Assembly: GCA_963754875.1 (NCBI GenBank)
Contig: CAVWHO010000017.1
Span: 144,949-208,948, forward strand
Direction: 5' to 3'
Length of the DNA stretch: 64,000 bases
Source of the DNA: Nitrospirota bacterium
GTDB lineage: Bacteria > Nitrospirota > UBA9217
Of this stretch, positions 1 through 9,273 are shown piece by piece (position 1 is the stretch's first letter; each line of letters opens with the position of its first letter). A program made the position numbers and the translations under genes. The notes beneath the pieces were generated by a model. The model was not told the DNA's origin. It saw only the letters and a program-made list of their open reading frames with translations, and ran no database searches.

Positions 1-2
1 AC

Positions 3-338
3 AACAGCCTTCCGAAGCGGCTCAAAGAGTATACCGTTCCTGATATCCTTTTTATCGATGAACTGGGGTTCGATCGTCTTGAGCAGTATGATGCCAGGAA
101 CGCATCCCTCTTCTTCAAGGTCATCGACGGCCGGTACTGCAAGGGATCCACGCTCATCACTACGAATATCGATTTTAAAGAACTCGGAGATTACCTGGGC
201 GACCCCGTGGTCACAACTGCTATCGTGGACCGCATGGTGCACCACTCCGTCATCATCAATATCAAGGGGCCGAGCTACCGTATGCACGAATCAAAGAAGC
301 TCAACTCAAAAGTAAAGAAACCCTCCGAATCAAAGTAA
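3..338 (+). CDS. istB: IS21-family IstB helper ATPase, C-terminal part (5' end cut by window edge)
   Basis: Frame-3 translation NSLPKRLKEYTVPDILFIDELGFDRLEQYDARNASLFFKVIDGRYCKGSTLITTNIDFKELGDYLGDPVVTTAIVDRMVHHSVIINIKGPSYRMHESKK, stop TAA 336-338; typical IstB C-terminus. The tabulated ORF 58..315 is an out-of-frame artefact of the same DNA. Confidence 0.8.
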   Translation, partial: NSLPKRLKEYTVPDILFIDELGFDRLEQYDARNASLFFKVIDGRYCKGSTLITTNIDFKELGDYLGDPVVTTAIVDRMVHHSVIINIKGPSYRMHESKKLNSKVKKPSESK

Positions 339-399
339 AACCCTCAAACGCAATCCGTCCGTTCTTCCTCTACATGCACCAACACACAACCCTCTGCGC

Positions 400-1223
400 T
401 CAATCTTTACGCTCTAATGCTCATAAAAAAATCCAACTTCACAAGAAATATCTCTGACAAAAGGTAGAATCGAAATCTAGACGGGTCTTCAAACCGGCGC
501 GGATCCTATCGGTTAATCAAAATCACGCAACTTCAAGTGGGTCCAGCAAAACCGCTGAGGTGGGTCCGTTTCAAGCCGGTGGTAGCAGAGAACAGGTGAT
601 GCAGTCAATCACCCGGTTTCTTGCAAAGAAGCTACGCTTGACGGTTAACAAAGAAAAGAGCGCGGTAGACCGTCCTTGGAACCGCAAGTTCCTCGGTTAC
701 ACCATGACATTGCATCGTAGCCCGAAACTCAAGGTGTCGCCGAAAAGCATCAAGAGAGCCAAGGCGCGTGTTAAGGAGATCACCCGAAAGGGACGGGGAC
801 GCTCACTGCCGAAGGTGATTGCCGAACTTACGAAGTACCTTCGGGGATGGGTAAATTACTTCCGGCTGTCCCAAGTGAAGATCGCTTTCGAGGAACTGGA
901 TCAATGGATACGGCGGAAACTGCGCTGTGTCCTCTGGCGACAATGGAAGAAGCCGCGAACCAGAGCCAAGAAACTTATCCAGCTAGGGATAGAAAAGGTA
1001 AGAGCTTTTGCCTCAGCCTACAATGGCCGGGGTCCATGGTGGAACGCCGGCGCGTCACATATGAACGCTGCGGTAACCGCCAAAGGGCTACAACAACAGG
1101 GACTCATGAGTCTTCTCACAGAGCATCGACGCTTTACAGACCTTGCGTGAACCGCCGTATGCCGAACGGCACGTACGTGTGGTGTGAGAGGCTGGGGCCG
1201 GAAGGCCCCCGCCTACTCGATTG
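400..1223 (+). mobile_element. 5'-truncated group II intron remnant (IEP thumb/X-maturase region plus domain V and VI); approximate boundaries
   Basis: Maturase-type ORF fragment 560..1150 followed by a domain-V-like hairpin CCGCCGUAUGCCGAACGGCACGUACGUGUGG (about 1151..1190) and a GC hairpin GGGGCCGGAAGGCCCC (domain-VI-like). No RT fingers/palm region or start codon upstream. Confidence 0.55.
560..1150 (+). pseudogene. group II intron-encoded protein fragment (thumb/X maturase and C-terminal region only; RT domain and start missing)
   Basis: ORF 196 aa contains KVIAELTKYLRGWVNYFRLSQ and WRQWKKPRTRAKKLIQLGI motifs typical of group II intron maturase domain. Frame open upstream without ATG or RT (YADD) motifs. 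Confidence 0.7.
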
Positions 1224-1605
1224 AAGTTCCCCGTTATGTGAATCGTTTGCATTAAATCCTTTATTAGTGCCTATTCTGCGAGAATTTACTCCACATAATA
1301 ATGCCGCTGTCTTCGATATCCTCTTCATTGGAACCAATCAAATGAGGAGGTGCATATGGTCACGTCACAAGAGGAATGGAATTTGAATTGCACTGAATAC
1401 TGTGCGATTTAAGCAGTCCCGTGAGTGTCTTTCTTCTTTTGAACCCGCTTACACGGTGACAATCTAAAATACCTGATCAAACAAAGAAACAACATTGTAT
1501 ACTGCTTTGATTCGTCGTAAGAGCCTCCGTTATGTGAAGTAAATTGTTAGAAAACCGCTGAATTTCCTTTGCTCACGACATTTGCTTCACATAACGGGGA
1601 ACTTC
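1224..1605. repeat. MITE-like element bounded by perfect 20-bp terminal inverted repeats
   Basis: GAAGTTCCCCGTTATGTGAA at 1224..1243 and its exact reverse complement TTCACATAACGGGGAACTTC at 1586..1605. Internal third copy of the CCGTTATGTGAA core at 1528..1539. No ORF >25 aa inside. Confidence 0.6.
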
Positions 1606-1777
1606 ACATAATAGGTGAACTTGAGAAAATCCAGTGTGCTAAAAAATATCAAAAAAGGCAAAATAGACGTAATTGATACAATCAATACATGATGGATAAC
1701 ACCTCGATTATCAAAGCAAAACGGGAAACCAGGCTTTAATCAAGGGTCTCTAAAAAATGGCTTGTTGTCGCGCATAA

Positions 1778-1814
1778 CCCGAAGGTCGTCTGTTCAAATC
1801 CGGCCCCCGTGCCA
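1778..1814 (+). other. tRNA 3'-end-like remnant (T-loop-like GTTCAAATCC ... CCA); not foldable into a full cloverleaf; possible att-site scar
   Basis: CCCGAAGGTCGTCTGTTCAAATCCGGCCCCCGTGCCA ends in CCA. A diverged copy occurs at 28693..28728. No matching 5' acceptor half upstream. Confidence 0.4.
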
Positions 1815-1825
1815 ATCAATACAAA

Positions 1826-1849
1826 GGGTTACAGCACATGCTGTAACCC
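1826..1849 (+). terminator. perfect 24-bp palindrome GGGTTACAGCACATGCTGTAACCC followed by TTTGCT; intrinsic-terminator-like hairpin or operator
   Basis: Perfect inverted repeat (11-bp arms, CATG centre). Identical core repeated at 28739..28764. Confidence 0.45.
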
Positions 1850-1923
1850 TTTGCTATCCCAGTGGGCCGGTAATGGGCCGGTCTCCTCAATGCTGTCCCC
1901 GCTACCTAAAATGGGAGATCGTC

Positions 1924-2220
1924 ATGAACCAAAAAGACAAGCCGATTGTCTCGATGACGAAGGAAGAACGAGAAGAATTTTGGGATGATGTTTATGTAAA
2001 AGAAGAGGGCATCAGCACTGAATTTAATTTGGACACTCATACAGGCAAAGTTCGTTCACTCCTGGACAATGCTAAGTATAAAATAGATGGTCGGGAACTC
2101 GTACGAACGAAAATTGAACTCCATGCCGGTGACAAAATTCTGTTTGCTCCGATAGCAGATCCCGACGGAGATGATTACGCCAGGATCATCGGCTTGAAGG
2201 GCACTTCGTGCGGCTGTTGA
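1924..2220 (+). CDS. small conserved hypothetical protein (98 aa), paralog of 28833..29060 product
   Basis: ATG 1924 preceded by GGGAGA. Shares YKIDGRELVRTKIELHAGDKILFAPI with YKIGDCEYIRTKIELHPGDEILFTPI of the downstream paralog. The tabulated start 1762 runs across the tRNA-like scar and palindrome and is rejected. Confidence 0.6.
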   Translation: MNQKDKPIVSMTKEEREEFWDDVYVKEEGISTEFNLDTHTGKVRSLLDNAKYKIDGRELVRTKIELHAGDKILFAPIADPDGDDYARIIGLKGTSCGC

Positions 2221-2381
2221 ACTGCGGCATATTATTTCCGGGAATCGAGGCGGGCCCTATTTCCGTTTGCAATTCTGGCCAAGCTTTGATAAAGTAATTG
2301 TGTGTTCAGGTGTCTGTTGGCTTAGGAAGTGTCTCATGCCAAAAACCATCGAGGCTATTTACTTGTAAGGAGGGGAGAGTC

Positions 2382-2663
2382 ATGACAAAACTTATTATTG
2401 AAACCGATGATGCCTGGGCTCGTGAAAAGATCAAATTTGCCATCGATACGGAAATTCACCTCCTAAAAAAAACAGTCGAAAAGATCGACCGTAAAATAAA
2501 AGACTTTGAGAAACAATATGGGCAGCTCGACCGAGAAAATCTCTACGGTAAAGTAGACGACATGATCCTTGTTGAATGGGAGGGAGAGGCAGAGGCAGAA
2601 TCTCTGCGGCGTGTTCAGGGCAGACTGAAATCGCTTGAGGAGATCAGCTTTGAGTATCGATAG
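2382..2663 (+). CDS. small coiled-coil hypothetical protein (93 aa)
   Basis: ATG 2382 with strong SD AAGGAGGGGAGAG. Product MTKLIIETDDAWAREKIKFAIDTEIHLLKKTVEKIDRKIKDFEKQYG...; overlaps next ORF by 29 nt. Confidence 0.55.
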   Translation: MTKLIIETDDAWAREKIKFAIDTEIHLLKKTVEKIDRKIKDFEKQYGQLDRENLYGKVDDMILVEWEGEAEAESLRRVQGRLKSLEEISFEYR

Positions 2664-3045
2664 TTATATTGCAGATTTCGAAACTGTCATTTCAACGCAT
2701 TCCTTCGTCTCTTCCTACTCGCTCACCATCGATAGAAAAACTCGTGATATTACTTTTCTCTCGGAAACCATAGAATTCAGGAATGGAACAGTACTTGATT
2801 TTAAGGAGTTTATCGAGAGTAAAGGCACGGCGATAGAAAAATATCTTTATGGATACAATCATCGTCTGGGCAGTACTCTCATTTTCCGCTACGACAATTC
2901 CCCGGATCCACGCGCACGCCAGATAAGAACATTCCCGCACCACAAGCATCTTCCGCCGGACAAGCTTGTCGATTCCGACAGACTGATTGACTTGCCTGCT
3001 GATCTGAAGGAGATTGAGGGCTTACATACTGAATCGGAAGAATAA
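2635..3045 (+). CDS. hypothetical protein (136 aa) with conserved-looking FRYDNSPDPRARQIRTFPHHKHLPPDK segment; possible partner of the upstream small gene (TA-like pair or one gene split by an indel)
   Basis: ORF with only a TTG start, overlapping the preceding gene. No family recognised with certainty. Confidence 0.45.
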   Translation: MRRSALSIDSYIADFETVISTHSFVSSYSLTIDRKTRDITFLSETIEFRNGTVLDFKEFIESKGTAIEKYLYGYNHRLGSTLIFRYDNSPDPRARQIRTFPHHKHLPPDKLVDSDRLIDLPADLKEIEGLHTESEE

Positions 3046-3047
3046 AA

Positions 3048-4121
3048 ATGAACCTGAACCAGGAAATGTTGTCAGTAATCCTGCCGCATGGAGCTATACG
3101 GCTGGAATGGGCAGAGGCCCAGGAAGAAGTCAGTAAGGACCAGGAACTTCTCCAGCGGGAAATATTTCGGCGATTTGCCGACCATCCCGATGGCGCATTT
3201 CTTTTTCTCGGATTCTCCAATAAATCAGTTCCCCTTTCTCCTTCCCTCGATTATTGGCGCAACGTATGCGGACTCTTCGCCAGGAAACTCGCTCACACTC
3301 CAAATCTGGAAATCCTTCGTCATAAGGCCATCGTCGAAATCAGCGAAGAAGAATTAAACCATGTCCTTGCATCAGCGCCGCTGATGACTGGCGCTGAGTA
3401 TTTGACCAGGGTCGTTATCGATGATCTTTGGCAGCGGCTTCATGACGAATTCAGCAAGGAGATCCAAAAGACAAAAGAGAGCGTCGAGGAGTTTATCCGG
3501 GCATACAGTCCCGATATCCATCTCATCGGCCGGGTGTTTTTCCACCTCGTGGAGAGCAAAAAAGATGATTACCCTTTTGCGTTTCTGGCTACGTATTCAC
3601 CGGGACTGAACAGACAGGGCAAATCGCAGCATCTTCCCCTGAGACAAGCCCTGCAGGAATACGACAGGGACGGGAAAAAGCTTCTTGACCTCCTCGTGAC
3701 GGTGCATCGAGCTGCCAAAGAAAGCGCCCTGGTGGCCCAGCTGCTTGAGAGCGGCGAACTGTTCCATCCGCTCGCCTGGACGGCTAAGGAAGCATACACC
3801 TTCCTCCGGGAGATTCCGATCTACGAACAAGCGGGAATATTGTGCCGCATTCCCGACTGGTGGAAGCGCGGCGCATCAAGTTTACAGGTCAATATATCCC
3901 TGGGAGGCCGCCAACCCTCAACGGTAGGCATGGATGCCCTGCTCAGTTTTGACATAGACCTGCATCTTGAGGGTGAGCAGATATCCTATGAAGAGGCCAA
4001 ACGGCTCATTGATGCGTCCGAAGGGCTTGCCTTGATCAAAAACCGTTGGATCGCCGTGGACCATGAAAAGCTGCGCCAGACCCTCGAAGCCTACGAAAAG
4101 CGCAAGCTCCCTCGCCAGTAG
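3048..4121 (+). CDS. SNF2-helicase-associated N-terminal domain (SNF2_assoc-like), probably the N-terminal portion of one ~900-aa YwqA-type SNF2 helicase separated from the ATPase part by a frame change
   Basis: 357-aa ORF ending TAG 4119-4121; the helicase motif-I region continues in the +1 frame from 4063. The combined length matches bacterial SNF2 proteins with a long N-terminal associated domain. Confidence 0.6.
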   Translation: MNLNQEMLSVILPHGAIRLEWAEAQEEVSKDQELLQREIFRRFADHPDGAFLFLGFSNKSVPLSPSLDYWRNVCGLFARKLAHTPNLEILRHKAIVEISEEELNHVLASAPLMTGAEYLTRVVIDDLWQRLHDEFSKEIQKTKESVEEFIRAYSPDIHLIGRVFFHLVESKKDDYPFAFLATYSPGLNRQGKSQHLPLRQALQEYDRDGKKLLDLLVTVHRAAKESALVAQLLESGELFHPLAWTAKEAYTFLREIPIYEQAGILCRIPDWWKRGASSLQVNISLGGRQPSTVGMDALLSFDIDLHLEGEQISYEEAKRLIDASEGLALIKNRWIAVDHEKLRQTLEAYEKRKLPRQ

Positions 4122-4494
4122 TGGAGGGTTGAGCTTTCGCGAGGCATTGCGGTTCGAACTGAATCCGAAGAGCTTTCTGGACCTTCCCGATAATGATTCA
4201 AGCGTGGTCATCACAAACGGACAATGGATGGAGTCGGTCATGGCGCGCATGCTCCACCCCGAAGCCATAGCGCCCGTACAGATGGAAACATCCTTCAAGG
4301 CGAAATTGCGGCCTTATCAGCAGAGAGGAGTAGCCTGGCTTTCGTTCCTCCATTCCCTCAGATTCGGCATGTGCCTTGCCGATGACATGGGACTCGGTAA
4401 GACCGTGCAGGTTTTGGCGATGCTGCGAGAGTTTGAAATCGAATGGCGAAAAAGGGGCCAGCCTGCTTGTGGTTCCTGCATCTTTGCTCTCTAA
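4063..4494 (+). CDS. SNF2-family helicase fragment carrying ATPase motif I ([12 protein letters not shown]...[18 protein letters not shown]); ends at frameshift in AAAAAGGGG run
   Basis: Translation contains the DEXDc/SNF2_N signature. Frame is lost near 4455-4470, where the downstream ORF continues ...[12 protein letters not shown]. Confidence 0.6.
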   Translation: MKSCARPSKPTKSASSLASSGGLSFREALRFELNPKSFLDLPDNDSSVVITNGQWMESVMARMLHPEAIAPVQMETSFKAKLRPYQQRGVAWLSFLHSLRFGMCLADDMGLGKTVQVLAMLREFEIEWRKRGQPACGSCIFAL

Positions 4495-5743
4495 CTGGGC
4501 TGCTGAGATCGGGAAATTCACTCCTGAACTGTCATTCGCCATTGCTCATCCCTCCGGAAAGGATGAGACGGGCGAGATGCCGAAAGAAAGGAAAGAGATA
4601 GACAGGCTTGATCTCGTGATCACGACGTATTCGCTGGTGCAGAGATACGAATTGCTGCAAACATACGAGTGGAAGTATGTGATCCTCGATGAGGCTCAGG
4701 CTATCAAAAATCCCGGGACGAAGCAAACGAAAGCGGTAAAAAAACTAATAGCAATAAACAGGATCGTCATGACCGGGACCCCGGTCGAAAACCGGCTGTC
4801 TGACCTCTGGTCGATCTTTGATTTCATCAACCCCGGACTCCTCGGCAGCAGCCAGGAGTTCAGTCGATTTGCCAAGAACTTGAATAAGGACCCCGAAGGA
4901 TATGCACGTCTCAGGAAAGTCATCGGTCCCTATATCCTCCGGAGGCTAAAGACCGATAAATCTGTTATTTCCGACTTGCCGGAAAAGGTCGAGATGAAGA
5001 CCTGGTCGTACCTCGGGAAAAAACAGGCCGTCTTGTATCAGAAACTGGTCGACGACCTTCGCAGGTCCGTTGAAAATGTCGAGGGAATTCAGCGGAAAGG
5101 AATTATTCTGAGTTCACTTATGAAATTCAAGCAGATATGCAATCATCCGGACCAATACCTTGGGACTGGTTCCTTTGACGAAAAAGAAAGCGGCAAGTTC
5201 GGTCGACTGCGGGAAATCTGCGAGACCATCTATGAAAAGCGGGAACGGGTTCTCGTTTTCACCCAGTTCCGGGAGATGACTGAACCGCTCGCCGGCTTCT
5301 TGAGCACGTTGTTCGGTCATCAGGGCTTGGTATTGCACGGCGGTACGCCTGTAGGCAAGAGAAAGGAAATCGTGGCTCGTTTTCAGGACGAAGAATATGT
5401 TCCCTTCATGGTCCTGTCGCTAAAAGCCGGCGGTGTTGGACTCAATCTGACCGCCGCAAATCATGTCGTTCATTTCGACCGCTGGTGGAACCCGGCCGTC
5501 GAGAACCAGGCCACGGACCGGGCTTTCCGAATCGGCCAGAAGAAGAACGTGGTCGTGCACAAGTTTATTACTAAGGGTACGGTCGAGGAAAAGATAGACC
5601 AAATGATCGAGGGAAAGTTGAAACTGTCTAACGATGTGGTTCAGGCCGGCAGCGAGGCATGGATCACGGAAATGGACAATGACGAGCTGATGAGATATGT
5701 TTACGTTGACGCTGTGATGATAATGAGAAAGGGATTGCAATGA
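4376..5743 (+). CDS. SNF2-family helicase, SNF2_N remainder plus helicase C-terminal domain
   Basis: [43 protein letters not shown] and [44 protein letters not shown] motifs (SNF2 motifs II-VI). Confidence 0.85.
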   Translation: MPMTWDSVRPCRFWRCCESLKSNGEKGASLLVVPASLLSNWAAEIGKFTPELSFAIAHPSGKDETGEMPKERKEIDRLDLVITTYSLVQRYELLQTYEWKYVILDEAQAIKNPGTKQTKAVKKLIAINRIVMTGTPVENRLSDLWSIFDFINPGLLGSSQEFSRFAKNLNKDPEGYARLRKVIGPYILRRLKTDKSVISDLPEKVEMKTWSYLGKKQAVLYQKLVDDLRRSVENVEGIQRKGIILSSLMKFKQICNHPDQYLGTGSFDEKESGKFGRLREICETIYEKRERVLVFTQFREMTEPLAGFLSTLFGHQGLVLHGGTPVGKRKEIVARFQDEEYVPFMVLSLKAGGVGLNLTAANHVVHFDRWWNPAVENQATDRAFRIGQKKNVVVHKFITKGTVEEKIDQMIEGKLKLSNDVVQAGSEAWITEMDNDELMRYVYVDAVMIMRKGLQ

Positions 5744-6594
5744 GCTGGAGTTTTCCTCGATATGTGGCTAAAGCCGAGAAACAGGCACGGGCGGCAAAAA
5801 AACTTGAACAGCTGAAGAAAAAGCGGGACGTGAGGCCGGTTATTATTCAGGGCAGCGCTATTGCGCGCACCTGGTGGGGCAAATCCTGGAACCGAAACCT
5901 GGAGCAGTATGCGGACTACAGCAACCGTATTGGAAGGGGACGCAGTTATGTACGCCACGGCGCCGTTCTGGACCTTCAGATTAACGCCGGCGAGATCAAG
6001 GCGCTCGTGCAAGGTTCGAGGTCCAAGCCCTATGAGATACTTATTAAGATCGGGAAACTCGGCAAAAATACCTGGCAGCAGATATCGTCATCCTGTTCCG
6101 GGATGCTCGACTCCGTATCGGAACTTCTTTCGGGAAATTTTCCAAAAGAGCTCGGTGAATTGTTTCTGCAGCGCGATGCAGGCCTTTTCCCGTCGCCAAA
6201 GGAAATTGCCTTCGAGTGTTCCTGCCCTGACTGGGCGAGCATGTGCAAACATGTGGCGGCAACGCTGTATGGTGTCGGCGCGCGGCTCGATGAAGACGCC
6301 ACGCTCTTTTTCACGCTTCGCGGCGTTGATATGACCGATCTCATAACCCGGACCGCTTCAGCCAAGGCTGAGAGCATGCTCGAAAAGGCAGCGAAGAAAA
6401 GTTCTCGGATTATCGATGATACGGACCTGTCCGCGCTTTTTGGCATAGAGCTGACAAATATTGATAAACCGGCGACTATGGCTGTCGATGTAAGGCCTGT
6501 GAAAAAAACAGTGCGCGTGAAAGCTGCAAAAAGCATGGTGAAAGCAAAGAGGAATATCTCCGAAGAGAAAGAAAAGAAAGGCATCAGACAGTAA
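5740..6594 (+). CDS. SWIM zinc-finger protein (YwqB-like partner of SNF2 helicase)
   Basis: CSCPDWASMCKHVAATLYGV is a CxCxnCxH SWIM signature. Start overlaps helicase stop (ATGA). Confidence 0.8.
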   Translation: MSWSFPRYVAKAEKQARAAKKLEQLKKKRDVRPVIIQGSAIARTWWGKSWNRNLEQYADYSNRIGRGRSYVRHGAVLDLQINAGEIKALVQGSRSKPYEILIKIGKLGKNTWQQISSSCSGMLDSVSELLSGNFPKELGELFLQRDAGLFPSPKEIAFECSCPDWASMCKHVAATLYGVGARLDEDATLFFTLRGVDMTDLITRTASAKAESMLEKAAKKSSRIIDDTDLSALFGIELTNIDKPATMAVDVRPVKKTVRVKAAKSMVKAKRNISEEKEKKGIRQ

Positions 6595-6963
6595 AAAGAA
6601 ATCGATTTCGTCGACAAAATCAGTGAATAAAAAACATGTTGTGCAGAATGTGAAAAAAAGAAAGCGAGTTCGCTGATTAGATCAGAAAGCTAAAATGGTG
6701 TTAAATGGCTATGAGGCCGTCATCATGCTCTATAATATATCGATTAAAGGGAGTTTTTCCGATATCACAATATACCTCTAAGAAGGAATTTCATTCTCGT
6801 CTGGATACAGAGATATCCGAGAAGAATCTTTGTGAAGGTGCTGAAGAATCATCGAGGTGGATGTAATAATGGAGGCAAAACGGATAAGTGAGATAAAACC
6901 GTATTTGCCGTGACTTGTAGCCACATATTAGTATAATGTATATACATGCGGAAAGGAGGAGCT

Positions 6964-7161
6964 ATGCCAACTGCAACAAAAAAGACCGCAAAGCATTTTA
7001 GGCTGGATGAAACGCTGATTAAGAGTGCCCAGAAGATACTCGGTTCCAAGACTGAGACCGAAGCAATCGAAACAGCGCTCGCCGAGATTATCTACCAGGA
7101 GAAGATCAGGAAGTTTATTGAACAGACCGCCGGAAAGTTCAAGTTCGAGGGACTTAATTGA
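6964..7161 (+). CDS. vapB: type II antitoxin, VapB-like
   Basis: ATG 6964 after GGAGGAG. 65-aa product; stop overlaps the TTG start of the PIN toxin gene by 4 nt. Confidence 0.65.
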   Translation: MPTATKKTAKHFRLDETLIKSAQKILGSKTETEAIETALAEIIYQEKIRKFIEQTAGKFKFEGLN

Positions 7162-7556
7162 AATCGAAGGCTGTTCCTGATACTTCCTTCCTCATTGAGC
7201 ATTTCAGAAGGGGAACTGTTCAAAAAGCTTTTCTGAATCTCACGCGCTACTATCATGTCTCTTTCAGTTCTGTTGTGCTCATGGAGCTGCTCGCCGGTGC
7301 CTTCGATCCAAAGGAACAGAAGCTTATTGACCAGATAGCGCGAAATTTTACGGTCATATCAGTTACCGAGCGTGCATGGTTTGCTTGCGGCGAGATCATG
7401 ATGAAACTGCGAAGGGATAAAAAGATCGACAGGCAGAGGATAAAGGGGCTCCTGGCGGACATCCTGATCGCGGTATCGGTCCGGGACACAGGAGCGGTTC
7501 TCATCACGAAGAACGAAAAGGACTTCAAACTTATTCGCGGAGTGTACAATTTTTAA
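7158..7556 (+). CDS. vapC: type II toxin, PIN-domain ribonuclease VapC
   Basis: 132 aa, PIN-domain architecture (acidic residues in VPDTSFLIEH and ISVTERAW...DILIAVSVRDTGAVLITKNEKDF). Classic 4-nt overlap with upstream antitoxin. Confidence 0.8.
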   Translation: MKSKAVPDTSFLIEHFRRGTVQKAFLNLTRYYHVSFSSVVLMELLAGAFDPKEQKLIDQIARNFTVISVTERAWFACGEIMMKLRRDKKIDRQRIKGLLADILIAVSVRDTGAVLITKNEKDFKLIRGVYNF

Positions 7557-7746
7557 TATGTCGTGATTGATTGATATTGACAGTGTTTTTTCCTGTTCCG
7601 TTACTTTCCTGTTAAATAAAAGTACATTTTTGTGAGTTCTAAGCCCTTGATTTGCCGGGTCGGGGAAGGGGGGGGCCGCTTTGCGGTGGCACACCAGAAG
7701 GACATTATGATTCGCTGTACAGTACCCATTGTTAATAAGAAAACAC

Positions 7747-7773
7747 TTGACGTTTAACGCGCGGCGTTATACT
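7747..7773 (+). promoter_or_regulatory. candidate sigma70-type promoter of higBA (TTGACG -15 nt- TATACT), start codon 9 nt after -10 element, so possibly a leaderless or very short-leader transcript; partial palindrome TGATCGCGTGATCA overlaps the start
   Basis: Hexamers read directly from the sequence. Unverified. Confidence 0.3.
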
Positions 7774-7781
7774 ATGATCGC

Positions 7782-8063
7782 GTGATCAAGTCATTCAGGG
7801 ACGGCGAAGCCGAGAAGATATATTCTCGTGAACGGTCACAGAAATTGCCGTCCGATATTCAGCAGGTTGCCTTAAGAAAGTTGCGCATGATAAACAACGC
7901 GAAGAATTTCAACGACCTTCGCATTCCTCCAGCAAACAGGCCAGAAAAACTGTCCGGCAATCGGGCAGGGCAGTACAGCATTCGCATAAATGACCAATGG
8001 CGCGTTTGCTTCGCATGGAAAGACGGCGACGCGGCAGACGTTGAGATCACTGATTATCATTGA
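7782..8063 (+). CDS. higB: HigB-type toxin (RelE/ParE superfamily, plasmid maintenance system killer)
   Basis: GTG start. 93 aa with KLSGNRAGQYSIRINDQWRVCFAWKDGDAADVEITDYH, typical HigB C-terminus. Confidence 0.8.
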   Translation: MIKSFRDGEAEKIYSRERSQKLPSDIQQVALRKLRMINNAKNFNDLRIPPANRPEKLSGNRAGQYSIRINDQWRVCFAWKDGDAADVEITDYH

Positions 8064-8075
8064 GAGTAAATTAGA

Positions 8076-8381
8076 ATGAAGAAAAAAGCATTGCATCCTG
8101 TCCACCCCGGCGAGGTTCTTCTTGAGGAGTTTCTTAATCCCTTGGGTTTGAGCCAAAATAAGCTTGCTGTGAATATTGGCGTTCCAGCGCGAAGAATCAA
8201 CGAAATCGTTCTTGAAAAAAGAAAAGTTACCGCCGATACCGCGCTTAGGCTTGGGCGGTTTTTTAGTACGTCTTCAGAGTTCTGGCTTGGGCTTCAGTCG
8301 CAGTACGACCTTGATTTAGCCGCCGATGCTCTCGGAGACCGTCTCAAGAAGGAAGTTAAGGAATACTCAAAGGTAGCGTGA
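8076..8381 (+). CDS. higA: HigA-type antitoxin (XRE HTH)
   Basis: HPGEVLLEEFLNPLGLSQNKLAVNIGVPARRINEIVLEKRKVTADTALRLGRFFSTSSEFWLGLQSQYDL is a near-consensus HigA sequence; toxin-first gene order. Confidence 0.85.
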   Translation: MKKKALHPVHPGEVLLEEFLNPLGLSQNKLAVNIGVPARRINEIVLEKRKVTADTALRLGRFFSTSSEFWLGLQSQYDLDLAADALGDRLKKEVKEYSKVA

Positions 8382-9273
8382 AAATCAGAAACCGTTTGAA
8401 CAAACCGTTTGAACAAAATGCTCTAACGCATTGTTTGTACTTTCCTGAAGATATAGTTCCTACCTTTTTTGCCCCTGAACTCATATCATGAAGCGGCTCT
8501 ACCCGCATCGATATTTTCCAACAGCTCTCATTACTGTCCTGTTTGTGCCCTGCAAAACAATAATGCATTTATGGATGCTCTAAGTTCTTGATTTGGTGGG
8601 AGGAGGAGAAGGAAAAGGAATATTGGCCCCCCTTCGGGTGATTACTCTGAAGGCCATTTGGTGACAGTATTCACTTTTTTCGGTAAACTGTGTCTTTGAA
8701 GATAATTTTGGATTGTATTCTTTTTTTAATATCACATTAAAAAAACGCAACTACTGACATTATCATGCACCTTGCCGCGCATTGTTGCATAGCAGATTAT
8801 TAATTGAATCTTGTTGTTGCGCCTGTTCTTATTCCGTTATTTATTGCAATACCCTAAAAATACCCATATCAAAAATTCCCCCCCGTGCTAATATAAAGAA
8901 AGAGCCATTCAAATTACTTTTTTCGTATCGTAATAACAGTACATATATAAATATGCGCATATCTTGTATTTTTACGGATTGATGAATATTCTTTCCTGAC
9001 AAAGCCAAAACCGTTTGCGCGAGTTGGACGGACAGAGGCAAGTCGCAGAGACGGGTACATCAGCGCGCTCGGCTTTGTGGTTTCTCCACGAGCAGCTGCT
9101 CTATCAAGCTTATGCACTCGTCAAAGTCTGCCTCGATCTCTTGGATATCGAAGGTTACAAGTTCTCTCCAATGTCATATATGATAGACACCAGACGTCTA
9201 CGCACTAAGGGGCTTACAAAATCGGATCAAGGGATCCAAAAGTCAGCAAAAGCAGCAGCAGAGGAGTGTCTCC

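Noticed and set aside
1738-1814. Possible intact tRNA gene ending CCA at 1814
   Set aside because: Only the 3' about 35 nt looks tRNA-like. I could not build a matching acceptor 5' strand, D-arm or anticodon arm by eye. Treated as a remnant; tRNAscan should confirm.
1762-1923. Tabulated start of ORF 1762..2220
   Set aside because: The first 54 codons run through the tRNA-like scar and the perfect palindrome. The ATG at 1924 has an SD, and the paralog alignment begins there.
6030-6617. 195-aa minus-strand ORF
   Set aside because: Antisense to the SWIM protein gene.
8390-8420. Tandem direct repeat AACCGTTTGAACAAA x2 (CRISPR-like?)
   Set aside because: Only two adjacent copies with no spacers or further repeats. 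No CRISPR array anywhere in the window.
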